Shown: positions 1 through 13,589, numbered from the whole stretch's first letter. The stretch: 63,987 bases of DNA, filler included, from Dirinaria sp. TL-2023a (GCA_051941275.1; 8 parts of 8 records of this genome joined end to end with filler, not necessarily neighbours in it), one strand, 5' to 3'. Notes: a model not told the origin generated them from the sequence alone. A program made the numbers and translations.

Positions 1-576
1 CACTTGCAGCATGCAATAAATATTCTTTGCCCCATAGGTAGGTAGGGTTTGATTCGGCGGTAAGGTAAATTGTAATGCGCTCCCGTTTCTTTTGATTGAT
101 TGGGAGGCCAGAAGTCAGAAGTAAGGTAGTAAAAGAAGGAAGAAATAATGTATGAAGATGCGGGAAATGCCGGCGCTGCGCTGTGAGACCCGGTCCGATC
201 CGGTCGAGGCGGATGGTGAGGTGGGACTACTTACTACCTTACGGAAGCAGCGATTCAGGATGGAATTTAATTGCAGGCGGATCAAAAATGCTTGCGCCAA
301 GTTTTTCAGTACAAGCCTTTGCTGGATAGTGGGTAAATCCGGAACCCGCTGAAACCATTTTTCGAACAGTGAGCGATGGTATATGCATCACCGCTCAACG
401 GAAGTAGGCGGTTAATGAAACCACTCATACACTGTTCAAGAAAGCATTCGCTTTGTAACAGCCGCGCTGTATATTAAGTAAGCGGATATAGTCCACTCAT
501 ATGTTAGGCTTTGTGAATAAAAACCCTCAATATATCCGGATGCCAGCACCATCGTATACTCGAAAACAAGGGGCAC

Positions 577-3500
577 TCAAGTCGTGCCTGGGACTCCACT
601 AGGACCAGGCCCACCGCCCTTAGCCCATCCAGCTTGCCTATAGCTCTGTCGGTGAGGTGCACCTCCATGGCTTGCCTGGCTATCACTGCTCCCTTGCCGT
701 TGGTGGGCATAGGGGCTATTCGGACGTGGGAGGTCCCAGTCGCGCTGCGGCGGTGTGCCTTGGCTGTTGCTCAGCGACGGGTACATCGGTGCGGCTCCCG
801 GGCCTTGTACATGCCTCACTGATGACTCCATTGGCCATTCATGATTGCCATATGGGTCTGCATCGACATGGGTGATGACTGGAGCGGCGGCGCGGGGTGT
901 GTTCGCTGCGGAATCTTTGTTCAAGGGTGGAGCGTCCGCGGTTTGGGTGGTGATAGCTGGGCGGTGCGTGCCAATGTTTCCGTAACGTTTCAGGATTTCT
1001 TTGGTGGTAATATCGGATGCGTTGTTGAAGAGAGAGGAGTCATTGAGGATGGTTTGGAGGTCTTCGGGAACCTGACAGCCACATACATTAATCGAAAGAA
1101 AAACTTGGGGTATGGCGGGACTACGTACTTCGCACATTTGATCGTTGTACTCGATGAGAGTATTGACGGCTTCGATAGCCAAGAAACTCTCATCTGATAC
1201 GACCTTCTTCGTGTCCTGATCCTTGAGGATATTGGGGCTGATGACGGTGGCAAGGTTGTGCGTGTCCATCTTACTGCCACTCTCCTCGTCCACTTGTGAG
1301 AACGAAGAGACCCATACCAAGAACGAGAAGAGGATCTCAAGGGAGTCTCGGTGACTCTTGGGAAGTAAGCAACAAGTCAAATGTAACACTCTTCGTTTCT
1401 TGTCCTCATCAGGTAGTTCTAGATCGATTGTTAGGTCAGTTTGAGAGGCTGAAGCTAGACCACTCACTTTGGGATGTGATCCACAGCCGATGCAGCTTGT
1501 AGGTCATGAGGGGATCGGGTAGTTCTCTGAGGAATTTCTTCAGCAGAGCAGCGACCTGGACAGGATTCTCGCGTGTGAGATCGGGATAGTTTCCTGCATC
1601 GATACGCTCGGCCAAGTCTTTCAATCCGCGAATGTTGCCGTTTTTTCGGAACACACCCTCGACAGACATGTCCATTTGCCTCATAGCCGCGATCGCGTCG
1701 TCAATGAGACCTGGCACCCTAAGCCGACCGGGACCAATACTGTACGTTGACTCTATGCCCTCTCTCTCGACAAGCGACTCCAACGGAACACCAAAAACAC
1801 CTTTCTTCTTGCCACCTTTAGGCTTATCATTCTTGAAAGCCTTCCCAAACTTACCCCAGAATGTTCCGGGCTTCCTAGTCTCGATCAAGCTCAGCAGTTC
1901 TTCCAGAGTGAAATAGCCTTCGAGCAGAGGCTGCATTGAAAGCACGGCAACGTGGCGAACGATGAAGTACTCCAGCGCGGAAAGTTCGGAGAAAAAGCGC
2001 TTCGTCCGCTGCGGTAGACCATCGGTTGGAATGTTATCTAACTCGTGGCCACCAGATACTTCTCGTTGATGGCCGCCGACAAGCTTAGGTGGTCGGCCTC
2101 CGCTTCCGATCAATTGATTTTTAGCATGCCGATAAGCGTTGGGTCGCTGCTCTTTCGCTTGCTCAGCAGCAACAATTCTTGGGATGTCGTCTAGCGTAAG
2201 TGCGTCTTGGTTTCCAAAAGCGAGATCTGTTCTACCCTGCCCGGGAGCATCGCGATCTTCGATGATTTTGAAGCCGTTATTCCTCTGCTCTGCACCCTCA
2301 GGACCTGCGGCACCGGGCCCTGTACTCAAACCTTCTGGGCCATCAATTATCCGTGACGTACGCGCCTTCTTGATGGTAGTGGACAGGTGCTTGTCCATTC
2401 GGGTTGACCTGAGCCTCTTCATCTCTCCAACGGTTTGCTCGTAGGATGATCCGGCATGTTCCATCGGAGATGTACCTCCATAGGACTTGGACCTCGACGT
2501 CGATCTCAATAATGGTGGTTCGGCTTGGCCACTCGGTCCTAGACGGTGCCCATCATTTGAATCGTAATGCGCTAGGTTTGGATCATCTATCTTACCCGTA
2601 AGTGATATTCAACTAAAGCCGCAAACGATCGTGAATACGCACCGGACGTATGAGGTAGAGTGCCGCCGGATCGGAGGACAGAAAGAAGCCTAGCGAGTGC
2701 TACACGAAGCAGATACACGTATTGTTGGAGCCTCGTGACATGGTCAAAATTTGCCACCGCATCCTGACCCGCACGTCTTGCTTCGACGCATCGTCGACAG
2801 AAAACTCGATGCTCTGCATCACTCCAGAATGCGTCCTGAAGCGTCTCACCGAGTAACGTCCGGCAATTAGCGCAGCTAAGATGCTTCGCATGCCATCGTC
2901 GTTGGCCGGACTGAACACACTCATCGTCTATTGGCTCGTGGCAATAATCGCACAAGTCTGACTGTTGGTCATCCAGGCCAGAAACACCTGCATTGAGACT
3001 TTGTGGCTCCTGAGACTCTTTGAGGGACTCCAAATCACCGAGTTCCTGTAGGAAGCGATGCAAACCCTCAATGCTACTTCGCTCCCTCTCTAGTTTGAGC
3101 GCACCTTGCAGGCTGATACGGATCAACAGCTTGAGGTAATGTGCAAGTCCTGTGACCAAGGACAATAGCTCTTGCGTCACACCCAGCTTCCTGACGCCGG
3201 TTTCCTGTGTCTTTGAGAGCAGAGAAAAGAAGGCCACGATCTTCTTGCACAGAAGCTTCGCTTCACGTCCGTACGCGAGGCCTGTGTATCAAACGGTCAG
3301 CTATGATGAACGCTGGTGCTATGATTGCTGGCTCACCTTTGATGCCTTGAGACAACATTAGATAATCCAATCGATCGGTCGCTCCAAAGAGAATATCAAC
3401 ATGCCAAATAAACTTCTTGGCTACGAGGACCCCATCAACGAAAGCGCCATTGCTCACATGGAGCAGCATATCCGAAATGCAAGCGGCAGACGACTCTTCG

Positions 3501-4536
3501 AAGGCCGAGAGTACGCTCCATATTCGGTACACTTTTGCCTCCATCTGTTCCTCCTTTTCTCGTACGAGAGTGCGCTCTTCTTCACCCGCGTCATCAAGTA
3601 GGGACTTCTCTATGTTGTCAGATCCCGGAGTTGCCAATCGGACGTTCCAAAACTTGTGAATCATGTAGCATTCTGGATGCCAGTGCTGATTTTGGCCATT
3701 CCTAAAAATCTCCACGAACTGCTTCAAGATAGCGGTCTGGCACCCATTGCATCGCTGGGCGAACTGGGTAGAATAGTGGTAATGGCAGTATATCTTTTCC
3801 TCATGCTCGTAATAGCTATCCTGGGCTCCGAAGACTGTAGGACACACGGAGCACGTGAAGTGCTCAATGTGATACTTCCGCTCCAATGCAGTGATGTAAG
3901 AACCGCGCAAGGCGCCGCCACAGGCGAAGCATATGAGATCGATGCGCCGAAAGTAGTCCGTTTCGCACAATGGATATTGCCCTTCTCCTTCTCCATCCTC
4001 CTCGTTCTTGGCTGAATCCACAGGGAAGAATTTCGATGCGACAACCTGTCCGCAGTCCTAGACTCGCGAGTTAGCAATTGGGTTCGGAGGATATAGATCA
4101 CGTTGGAACATACGCGGCACCTAAAGCAGTCTAAGTGAAAAGTGCCTCCCAGCGCTCGTACAAATTGCCCTGTCAGAGTCTCGCCGCATTTTTGGCAAGT
4201 CCGAAGGTTTCCACTCGATGCTTTGGTCCCAGTACCACCGTTGGCACGCGGCTTCGACCTCTCACGGATTGTTAAGTTTTGAGTGTTGTCTGGATCTCTT
4301 CCACTCCGCCCATCTACAGGAGGATTCGCAGAAGCCCCATTTGTAGTCATGCTGTTCCCTCCAACTAGCTCTGTATTGTTTCGTCCTTGTGCATTCGTTG
4401 GCTCGTAACCGTTCGCGGCACCAGGCGCATGATGGCCACTGGGGCTGAAGGTTGCTAGATTGTTATGTTGCGGACCGTGATCCCCATTCGCTGGCGGAGG
4501 ATCGATTAAAGGCCTCCCTTCTGCCTGTGAGCTCAT
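577..4536 (-). CDS. LRG1: LIM-domain Rho GTPase-activating protein (Lrg1/Rga1-like), multi-exon
   Basis: Consecutive minus-strand ORFs join through GT-AG introns (e.g. 4058-4113). LIM zinc fingers: CQKC...FHLDCFRC, CFAC...YHIEHFTCSVC, CNGC...WHPECY, CDYC...WHAKHLSC. C-terminal RhoGAP: EGVFRKNG, KKFLRELPDPL, SKMDTHNLATVISPNIL. Confidence 0.9.
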
Positions 4537-6317
4537 CGAATGGCAGGCTCAAAAGGATGGCTTGAGTGGAGTCCGATGCTGCAGCACCCGTGTTATCGCT
4601 TGGTGCCAGCACCAGCACTTATCCACTTCTAGTATGCTCAAAACGTAGTTTTAATAACAGAATATTTGATGTGCCGGGAACGGTAATGATGCCTTCTTCC
4701 CAAATGGAGGGATCAGCTGTTGTCGGAGTCCGCTGTCGAGGATAGTGTCCGTTTGTAAGACGTTTTGGAGCTGTCAGAGAGCGTAAACTATGGTTCTGGC
4801 ACCTGGCCTCATCATAGGGAATTCCCGAGTTGCAGGCACAATGGATGCGACTGGTACTGATGCTGAACAGATGAAGACCGAGAAAGCGAGGTTAATGAAG
4901 GCGGAAGGACAGTGGGGAAAGCCGGGAGGGGAGCTGAGCTTCCAACTCCGATGATTATTCTCTGTGGATATTGCCGGATCGGAGCATAGAGACCGTAGTT
5001 TGTAGCAACAGCGAGTGCACCGAAATTATGTGTCGCCTGCGATGGCGGAGTGATGATGATGTGGTCAGAGCAAATGCAGTGACCTTCGACTCCAATGATA
5101 AATTACGGTACGTAGCGCGACGACCGACCAGGCGCGAAAACCATTGGTTTGGAGATGGAAGACGTACAATGTATTATTCAGAGGACTTTGGAGCTGTCAA
5201 GTCTAGTTCAAACATACATGAGGTAGCTTGACCAAAATAAAATTAAGGCATGCACTTGTATAATGTAAGGTAAGTGTATCTATAGCAACTTTTACTTCCG
5301 ACTAATTCATGCTCGAGCTACCGGAGCTGGGTCAAGCCTCTCGAGCCTCTACGGGGAAGAGAAAGTGGTGGCACCTTATTTTTCCCCACACAACACAGCA
5401 CACCACCAGCATCATGCTGTGAACATGAGCGGCTTTATGTTGATTTAGATCTTTCAGTAGTACTTGCGATTGATCAATATTGAATGACCTGGACACGCGT
5501 ATGTAGACTGGGGAATGGAACTCGGCGCTCGATAATGCAGGTTTGATGCTCGGCCTCGAAGAGGGGGTGCAATGATTTCTGCCCCTGTATCGATCATCAA
5601 GAGACAGAATTCAATTGGTCGAATATTGAACGCCAAGAAAATTTCCCTCAACCTGATGGAACTCATGGAAGAGTCAAGCGGCAAGATACTACCTTAAGGT
5701 AGGACTCCCTACAGTAAAAAGTAAAGTAAGAGTACTTTAATGTAGGACGAATTTCTTCGATCAATCTTTCCCTGAACTATTGTACCCTTCGTTCGAGGGT
5801 ACCAGAGTAGTTTCAGTGGTTCTAATTAATCCTGTCTCTTCACGTTGATCATGAGCTGACGACTGCATTCACCAACACAACATTCTACTACTATGGGGGT
5901 GCCCAATGCAAGTAGTCACAGCCATCAGTGATACCCGAACTCTCCAGTACTTTACTGTACAGCAATTAATGTTCCATTTAATGCCGCACTTGCCTTTTTT
6001 TTGTCGGGTGTCTGCCTACATTACGGTAAGGTAAGCCCTGATGTTGCACAGGGCTGAGCGAGGGCATCAAAGTAAAGTCGCCTAAAGTACTACCTTAACC
6101 TGACGCTTTCCTGATTCTTCTCTCAAAATTTACCATGACTTCTCTCTTCTTCCTTTCATCATCTGTGGACAATCATGACCCAAGAGTGACCGACCATAGA
6201 CTCTCGGTTGACTTCTGCAAGAACCTTCTGTAGCAGCCTATCCCCTCCTAAAACCATCCCCATCTCCCTCACCATTACTCCGCCACGCTACGCCAACTTT
6301 CGTTACCTTAGCTTTCA

Positions 6318-7968
6318 ATGGCCGAATCGGGTGTGTTGCGTATCACCAGGGTAAGCCGCCAGTTCGATTCTACCTATGTGGTGATGATGCCTCATGCAGG
6401 ATTTAGGAGCTGTCAAATATTCAGAAAGGCAACAATGATCTGTGTATGGTGCTTCGCCCTTGGCGGATAGTGACCTTGTCGCGCTCACCGTTCAATAGCT
6501 CTTGCTGTTGCCTGTCGTGATAGCGATGTACGCCAAGTTAAAGCCTTGATTGTAGGGCCGTCCGTGACCCATCTTTCCCTGAAAAGTGACCTGCTCTGAG
6601 TAATTCCGCAGACCCGACACACCCTACCAGTTCGGCTTTTTCGAGGTTTGTAGCAATCTCTCCTACAGAGATAGAGGACACTAACAAGTCGCAAGTTTGA
6701 TGTGAAATTCCCTAACGGTCTGTAGCTGAAAGCGCCACTTTTGTAATAAGGACACTGAGGAACTGCAGACTACCCTGCTAATCCACCCTCGGTGACCGCG
6801 AAGACGACGAATGCTGGCCGATGCCGCTTCAATCCTAACATCTACGCTGACGGTAAAGTCTGCTTGTCGACCTTGGGTACTTGGCGAGGTGAGCAACCGG
6901 GGGAGGACTGGTCGTCGTGCCAAGGACTGGAATCGATCCTGCTTTCGATACAAAGTCTGATGTCACCGAATCCTTTCGAAAATGAGCCCGGCTTTGACCA
7001 TAGCGATGACAAGGATAGCATGGCCCACTACGTTGCGAAGGTATGCGTAGTCCAATTTTCTCATAGCTACCGATGCTCAAAGGTGATAGATTCGACATGA
7101 AACACTCAGGATAGCGGTGATCCAGCGTTTGGAAGGGTTTCTGGGCATTCATGAGGACGGGACGGTGGATGAGTTTCCGGCTCTCGATGTCGAGCCAGGC
7201 GTAAGGACTGAGTATGATGAAGATCAGGATGACACGCAATCCCTCTTTGAGCCGTTCAAAGATCTATGCAAACGACGCTTTTTATGGTACTACGACTCAT
7301 ACGTTGATGCGATTGATAGTGCGGAGAAGAGCACTCGAGTCGGCTCAGTGTTCAAAACAATGCCTTTTGAGGGTGATAACAATATCATGGCCGGCACGTT
7401 CAACTACCCAGAGCTTAAGAAGCGACTGGTTCGGATTAAGCGGACTTTGGATCTAGAGACCGAGTACTGGGCCCAAGAAGGCCAAATGCAAGTGAAACGG
7501 GAAACAAGTCAGGCAGCGTATCTGGAACGTCAAGCGCAACACTTGGCGGAGCAGTATCGGAAAAACGACAACGTTACTCTTGATATTGATCTAGTCAACC
7601 AAAACCCGTTCACATGGGTGTTGACCTATTTTGGACGGCCTATGACCCAGCTCGACGGAGGCATGTTCACCATCAAGCTCTCGATGAGCCCCAGATTCCC
7701 GGAAGAGCAGCCACGAATCGTCTTCGAGACCGCGTTGTTCCACCACCGCATCACGAATGCAGGCGTTCTCTGCTATGTGCCGAAACGTGCAGACGATATC
7801 AAGTCGCATGTCCAAGCCATTGTGGAAGCCATCGAAGACGCCAATCCCCCGTATGACCCGCGAACGCTTGTCAACCCGGAAGCATCCAAGCTTTACTGGG
7901 GCTCGGCGGACGAAAAGAAACAATACAATCGACTGCTACGACGAGCTGTGCAGAGGAGTTTGGAGTGA
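6318..7968 (+). CDS. Ubiquitin-conjugating enzyme, UBE2Z/BIRC6-like N-terminal UBC plus a second C-terminal UBC-like domain; several short 5' exons
   Basis: ATG at 6318 (MAESGVLRITR|gtaagc). Later exons encode ALIVGP, DTPYQFGFFE and RFNPNIYADGKVCLSTLGTW. Last exon encodes W...FGRPMTQLDGGMF...FPEEQP...FHHRI...GVLC. Internal exon borders are approximate. Confidence 0.85.
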
Positions 7969-8027
7969 CAAAACGCGACTGTACCCACGTCTGCACAATC
8001 TGCATTCGCTTACGGTTGGCATAATAG

Positions 8028-8127
8028 NNNNNNNNNNNNNNNNNNNNNNNNNNNNNNNNNNNNNNNNNNNNTTAATTAATTAANNNNNNNNNNNNNNNNN
8101 NNNNNNNNNNNNNNNNNNNNNNNNNNN
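8028..8127. other. Artificial contig spacer (44 N + TTAATTAATTAA + 44 N)
   Basis: The same 100-bp spacer, with stops in all six frames, recurs seven times. Confidence 0.97.
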
Positions 8128-8328
8128 GCAAGGGTGGGCAGTGCGGAGCAGAAGATTGTGAGTGGGACGTTGGAGCAGTTGGGCGAGGCGGATCTGGGGG
8201 GACCGTTGCATAGTTTGGTTTTGGTGGGGAAGCGGGTGCATGAGTTGGAGGAGGATGTGTTGAGGGAGTGGGCTGTTGATTTGGATGTATTCGATCAGGC
8301 ATGTAAGAAGTTGCGTGATGAGGTATAG
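8128..8328 (+). CDS. DPH5: Diphthine methyl ester synthase, 3' end only (truncated by contig edge)
   Basis: ARVGSAEQKIVSGTLEQL...LGGPLHSLVLVGKRVHELE matches the Dph5 C-terminus. Confidence 0.8.
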   Translation, partial: ARVGSAEQKIVSGTLEQLGEADLGGPLHSLVLVGKRVHELEEDVLREWAVDLDVFDQACKKLRDEV

Positions 8329-8759
8329 CGGGAGAATGTATGTGCAATCTATAGGCAGTTTGCACTTGCGTGCTGTGGGCTATGCTCTAAGCTCTATCTA
8401 TGGTCTATGGATATGAAGGTCGTTCCTTGTGAGAGGTTTGATGGTCGTTAGTCATCGTTTGTTTTCTTCCCTAGACTCATGGCACGCAGACGTCTCAATC
8501 CCTTCTTCGATAGGTTGACATTACCAGCACTATTCATTCGCTATAGCTCGATAAGTGTTTGCTTCTCCACAATAAAGCTCGAAGCCAGCATACCGAACGA
8601 TCGAGCTCCGAGGGATCCTGTGCAGCAAAAGGCTCACTGCTCCTTCGGGCACGAGGACGTGCGGGAACCAGTGGTGCAGACAAGCAACGAACAGCTCTGC
8701 CCAGCTTGGATGGCTATGCTCCTAGATCAGCGAACCCCGTCACTCCGATACCCAGGTAC

Positions 8760-9191
8760 GAGTAACCAACAACAAGTAAGCTACTGACCTCATTGCGCTC
8801 CTGTCCTTTCTCTGCGTCCTTTCTAGCGGCTTTCGCTCTCTTCTTCTCCCATTTCAGCCAGGCTCGCTTCAGGTCTTCTAGTTCTTCGTGCTGTTTTATA
8901 AAACGCCCAAGTCAGTTCTAGCCATCAACGTTTGATCAATCTCATTGTGGTGGTTTCTCCGGATATGGGTTTCGTCAAACGTACACGGTCATGCCAGAGT
9001 TCCTGCTCCGCCGACCATTTCTTGTGGGCCTGGTGCAGTTTGCCTTTGATATCCGCCAACTCCTGCTCATCTTCGTCGGTCCAGACCGATGCTATCGACA
9101 TGTCGCTCACACGTTGTTCGAGGGTTTCGGTCGGACGTAATTTAGGTTCTGACGAAGCGGGCACACCACGTCCGCTGGACAAGGAGCCCAT
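8760..9191 (-). CDS. Possible small hypothetical multi-exon protein
   Basis: 88-aa charged ORF (WTDEDEQELADIKGKL...) followed by plausible intron signals and further charged reading frame; no family recognised and ends uncertain. Confidence 0.3.
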
Positions 9192-10607
9192 TTTGGGAAA
9201 GTGCGGCTGTGGTTTCGGTCACCGTCGTTCTCGATTATTGGTGCTGCGGCGCTTATGTATGTATCTTTTCTGCAGTCAAGCTTGATTGTGGCAACGGGGT
9301 TTTGTGTAGAAGGGACCGGGTATCGAGATGCTGATACTGGTTCGAAATACCGTTGTCAGTGTTTGAAATCTGCGTGAATACAACACTCCGCTCCTGAGTC
9401 TTCACACCAAAAACACTCCGTGATTCATCTTGATGGGTCGAAGAACATTGTAGAATGAGGACTAGCCATGTAGGACCATGGGGTTCCAGAACCAGCCTGC
9501 AAATCTGTATACCAGGCCTCGAAATTCATCACTGTTGTAATCTCTGAAAGAGGCCTTCATGCTCATAGAACTGTGGACAGGAGAGGCGCCGGTCCTGGAA
9601 TCTCTCAGAGTATAGTCTTCAAGGGGTTCTGGCGGCTTTATCTTCCAGGCACAAGAGTAGTGGCCAGAGGATCGAAATGATGTAGGCTGGATATGGTTAT
9701 TAGACTGGTTCAGAAGCGTTAGTGACCGCTAGAAGTAATCGTAAATGGTGGCAAGCTGAGCAATGAAGACCGGCGTATTGTTCATGTACAAGAGCTCCCT
9801 GGAGTGGTATGTATGATAGATCATTCGGTACTGTGGGATATGGATGAGGATCGAGCTAGCTCACTCAGGATGGCTCATTCCCTGCTACAGTAAACGATGA
9901 GGCAGCATCAGGGCCCTATTCTAGACTCCAAGCTCTTGACGAAGCTGTGGCTAATACTATGGTATCCTGGTTGCTGAGTAACAGCCCTTGAATGTGGATC
10001 TAGCTCCTCAGCAAGGATGCACTCTGAGTAGCTAGATAATGTAATACTGCAACCTTTTGCAAAGATCCGAGCCATAAGGCACCTTGTGATTCATTTCTAA
10101 CGTGACGTCACAGCCAGTGGAGTTATGTTCAGGGCCTAGGGAAAGAGAAATCAATGCTGCAGCCTCAGCTGCTCCCCTGGTAGACCTTAGGACAATAAAA
10201 TATGAGAATGAAACCCAAATGAATTGCCGTATGCAGTCCAGCTAGAACAATGAGCCCACGTGACTCTGATATCTTTGGAAAAGACGCTACTAGACCGGCG
10301 CCCTACGCTATTCACCACTGTCCAGGTCAACAGATGATACCAAAACAATCACACACAAACAGACCCTCACTGCTCACCTTGCCCACAAATCGTTGACCCT
10401 GCCTTTCCTTTCCATCCTCAATTCCAATCAGGAATTAAAGCTTCTTTCAGGCATTCGTCTGATAACTGTAATCACTCTGTAGAACAGACCTTATTGCCTT
10501 GATCTGCCTCGAGTAGGAAATTTCCTCGATCTTGGCATCACACCGCCCCCTATTATCATAAGACCCACAATCAATCTCCTTCCCACCTGTCTCAAATCAC
10601 CCTCCTT

Positions 10608-11027
10608 ATGGGCAACCACTGGTCACCGACATATCTGCCGGTTCCTACAGTGCGAGATAGAGGAAATCCACTTGACTCGACTGACTTTGGGAAGAAGGTT
10701 CTCAAAGAGCGAGGCCTCCAGGAAGACCCAAAACCAGAGGCTGAAAGTAGAATCAAGTTCAACCCTGTCAATTTGTTCCTCTTCTTTCAACCCGTGGGAC
10801 ATAAAACCACAAAGCCTCAGAAGGCCAGAAGTGACACACGAGCAAAGCAACAAAAGGAGGCCGAAAAAGAAGCAGTCTACGAGGAATACAAGAACAAGGC
10901 CAAAGACGTCTCTATCACATACCTCCTAGCATATTCCTTCCTTGGTGGCAGGTTCAAGAAGAGGTACGACGACAAAGTCAAAGCAGCCAATGACCGTAGG
11001 AGAGCCGCGGGAAAGCCAACAAAGTAA
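10608..11027 (+). CDS. Hypothetical lysine-rich protein (139 aa)
   Basis: ATG-initiated ORF with protein-like composition; no family recognised. Confidence 0.45.
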   Translation: MGNHWSPTYLPVPTVRDRGNPLDSTDFGKKVLKERGLQEDPKPEAESRIKFNPVNLFLFFQPVGHKTTKPQKARSDTRAKQQKEAEKEAVYEEYKNKAKDVSITYLLAYSFLGGRFKKRYDDKVKAANDRRRAAGKPTK

Positions 11028-11225
11028 GAAGAGTACATACCCATCAGCAATGCACTTCTAGTCAAGCCGACATAGTAGCTGTCTCTTCAACCGTACATTC
11101 TCGGCTCGTCCCAGGGGCTACCTCAAGTGTCTCGTTCTGTTCCCTGTCACTGTTCAACGATCCTCACCAGCCTGCCTCCTTTCGCCGGCACTCCTGGTTC
11201 AATTCGCAGTCAAGGAGCAGACATT

Positions 11226-12902
11226 ATGCAGAAGCCAACGGACCGTCGCTCATCGGCGACATATTCAAATCGGCGTTCATCCTATTTAGCCAGGTCAGAC
11301 CGGCGTGCATCCTACAGAGCAAGTCTTGAGGATTACCCCGCGGATAATGATAGCCAAAGAAGCTTTGTCACTTTCCCAAGCATTATCTTAGGAGAAGGAG
11401 TCAGGCCAAACTCAGGGGTACCTCCATTCCTCGGCAGTGATACGGAACGCAGAGAGAGCTTCGCATCCAAGAAGTCAGGGAAAGAAGCATTACCGTCCTT
11501 CGGCGGAACCTCGAAACAGCCTACAGAACGAGAGGGTTTGATGGCCGGGCCGTCTTACTCGTACGCAAGTCCTTCTTTAAGGAGGACTTCAAAGTTGAGC
11601 CAACCATCAGGGAGAGACGCGCCTACTATGACAGGTGTAGTAGCAGGATTGGATGGCATAGCAGATGAGAACGAAGAAGTCCGAGCAGCTACGACCACAG
11701 TGCCCATGTTGACCGCCGGCTTTGCTGCTCATTCTACATCCTCATTCAAGACTTCATGGGACATGCTTGAGACGCCCGATTATGGTCCTGACATATTCCA
11801 ATTGGATCAAATGGCGAAGCGGTTTGGCGAAATCGGACGGGAAGGAACAGCTCCGGCAGCGCCGGCAGCAACAGCGCCGGAAGAACCAGTCTGGGTAGGA
11901 CCAGTCCTAGAAGACACAGCTCATGATGCAAAACACGAAGATGTTGTCGCGCCGGCAGCAACAGCGCCCGAAGAACCAGTCTGTGTAGGACCAGTCCCAG
12001 AAGACACAGCTCATGATACAACACACGAAGATGTTATCGAGGCTACGTCCAGTGAAGGCAATAGCTCGGAAGATAGCTCGGAAGATAGCTCAGAAGATTC
12101 CTCTGAAATTCACGTGATCGAGGCTGCCTCAAGCAAAACTAACAGCGAGAAGGTTGAGGAAGTTGTAGCAGCGTGGAGAGAAACCGAGGCTCTTCGACGA
12201 GCCTCTTTGGAGACAGGCGCACAGACAGGTCCAAGGGGCCACTCTGTTGATAAGTCGCGGCCATGGAAGCTCTCCAATCTGAAGAAGGGTATCGCTGGTG
12301 AGAAGGGTGGTAGAAGACATCGAATACTTGCGAGGGCATACGAGCTCCTCAAAAAGGTTGTGCCCTGGAAATCCACTCCTAGAATGCCGAGTGGTTCGAA
12401 GCAACCACAGATGAATAGCAAGAAATCAGTCCGATTCCAGAAACCGAAGAAAGATGTTGAGCGTCGTTTGAAGGTAGATCTCCTGTTGATGTTCAAGGTA
12501 GAAGGCCATGCTAAGCTCTTTTGGCAGCGCAAAGTCGACGAGTGGAGAGGGCAAATAAGGCTTGCTGAAGAGCAGCAAGACCACTCATCTGTAATGCAGG
12601 CATCAGCTGACCTTGCACAAGTCTATGCCACAGCAGGTTTTCCTTCAAGCAACGCAATAGATAATGAGCTCGTGCGAGCCAGAGAGGCAGAGATACGGAG
12701 GCATAGCCAACTTCTGAACGAGTTGCCTACAGAAGCAGCTCGCATCGAAGCTCGACGCAGCGGTATCGGACCAGTAATGCCTGATACAGCGCTGAGCTCT
12801 AATCCGACAAGCGTGGAGGATGCTCTTAACGCTTACTTCCTGGCAGAACAGATCCGCCGCAGCCGCGAAGATGGCAAGGTTCGAGCAGAAGCATCAACAT
12901 GA
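11226..12902 (+). CDS. Hypothetical low-complexity protein with internal repeats
   Basis: Long open frame (first ATG 11226, MQKPTDRR); S/E-rich. May extend via an intron near the 3' end. Confidence 0.6.
   Translation: MQKPTDRRSSATYSNRRSSYLARSDRRASYRASLEDYPADNDSQRSFVTFPSIILGEGVRPNSGVPPFLGSDTERRESFASKKSGKEALPSFGGTSKQPTEREGLMAGPSYSYASPSLRRTSKLSQPSGRDAPTMTGVVAGLDGIADENEEVRAATTTVPMLTAGFAAHSTSSFKTSWDMLETPDYGPDIFQLDQMAKRFGEIGREGTAPAAPAATAPEEPVWVGPVLEDTAHDAKHEDVVAPAATAPEEPVCVGPVPEDTAHDTTHEDVIEATSSEGNSSEDSSEDSSEDSSEIHVIEAASSKTNSEKVEEVVAAWRETEALRRASLETGAQTGPRGHSVDKSRPWKLSNLKKGIAGEKGGRRHRILARAYELLKKVVPWKSTPRMPSGSKQPQMNSKKSVRFQKPKKDVERRLKVDLLLMFKVEGHAKLFWQRKVDEWRGQIRLAEEQQDHSSVMQASADLAQVYATAGFPSSNAIDNELVRAREAEIRRHSQLLNELPTEAARIEARRSGIGPVMPDTALSSNPTSVEDALNAYFLAEQIRRSREDGKVRAEAST
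11859..12038 (+). repeat. Two-copy 90-bp in-frame tandem repeat
   Basis: GCGCCGGCAGCAACAGCGCC...CACGAAGATGTT at 11859 and 11949, encoding APAATAPEEPVxVGPVxEDTAHDxxHEDV; followed by ~3 copies of 12-bp ATAGCTCGGAAG near 12061. Confidence 0.9.
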
Positions 12903-13589
12903 GGCCAAAGCGGATGCAGGTAAAGATTATGTATCCTTATCAGGAGTTGTGGGCTAATACTGTGTGTCCAGATGTAGAAGCGGCATCTCAGAACATGGAC
13001 CACGACTGCTTGCCTGCAGGATCTTTAAGCACAAGTGGGGCTTACCGAGATTCACTTACTGTCTCTCACTCTTCATGCTATCGGAAGAGACTGGCTTATT
13101 CGCAGTGGCTTGGTAACGAGAAAGGTTGCGGCTATGAGGAAGCTTGGAGAGCAAGATGAAGGGTCTAACCTCCAACAAGAAAAACTTTCTACTTCGCAGT
13201 AGCTTGCAGTGAATGATAGTTGTGCACTTAATTATCGCTACTGGCAAACAACGAGAATCACTTTTACTTTTCCATCATCAAATCTTGAAATTGCTGTGAT
13301 GATATAGACTCTCAGATATGAAGGAAGGACTACGAACCAAACAGTCTTCGACAGTCGACAACTAAAATTCACGCTAAAACCCCATGTCCAGCCGGGCAAT
13401 CGTGTTTAACCTATCAATACCAATGATAATGTTTTCCAACTTCATAAACCTTAACACAAGACCACATACATTGCAGCCTGATCCAAATATTGCTTCTTGA
13501 CCCAAAATTCATGAAATGATAGGCTCAATCTTTTAAAGGTTTGCTCCGACACATAGAATTTGATCGAGGACATACCAAAGAGATTCAAG

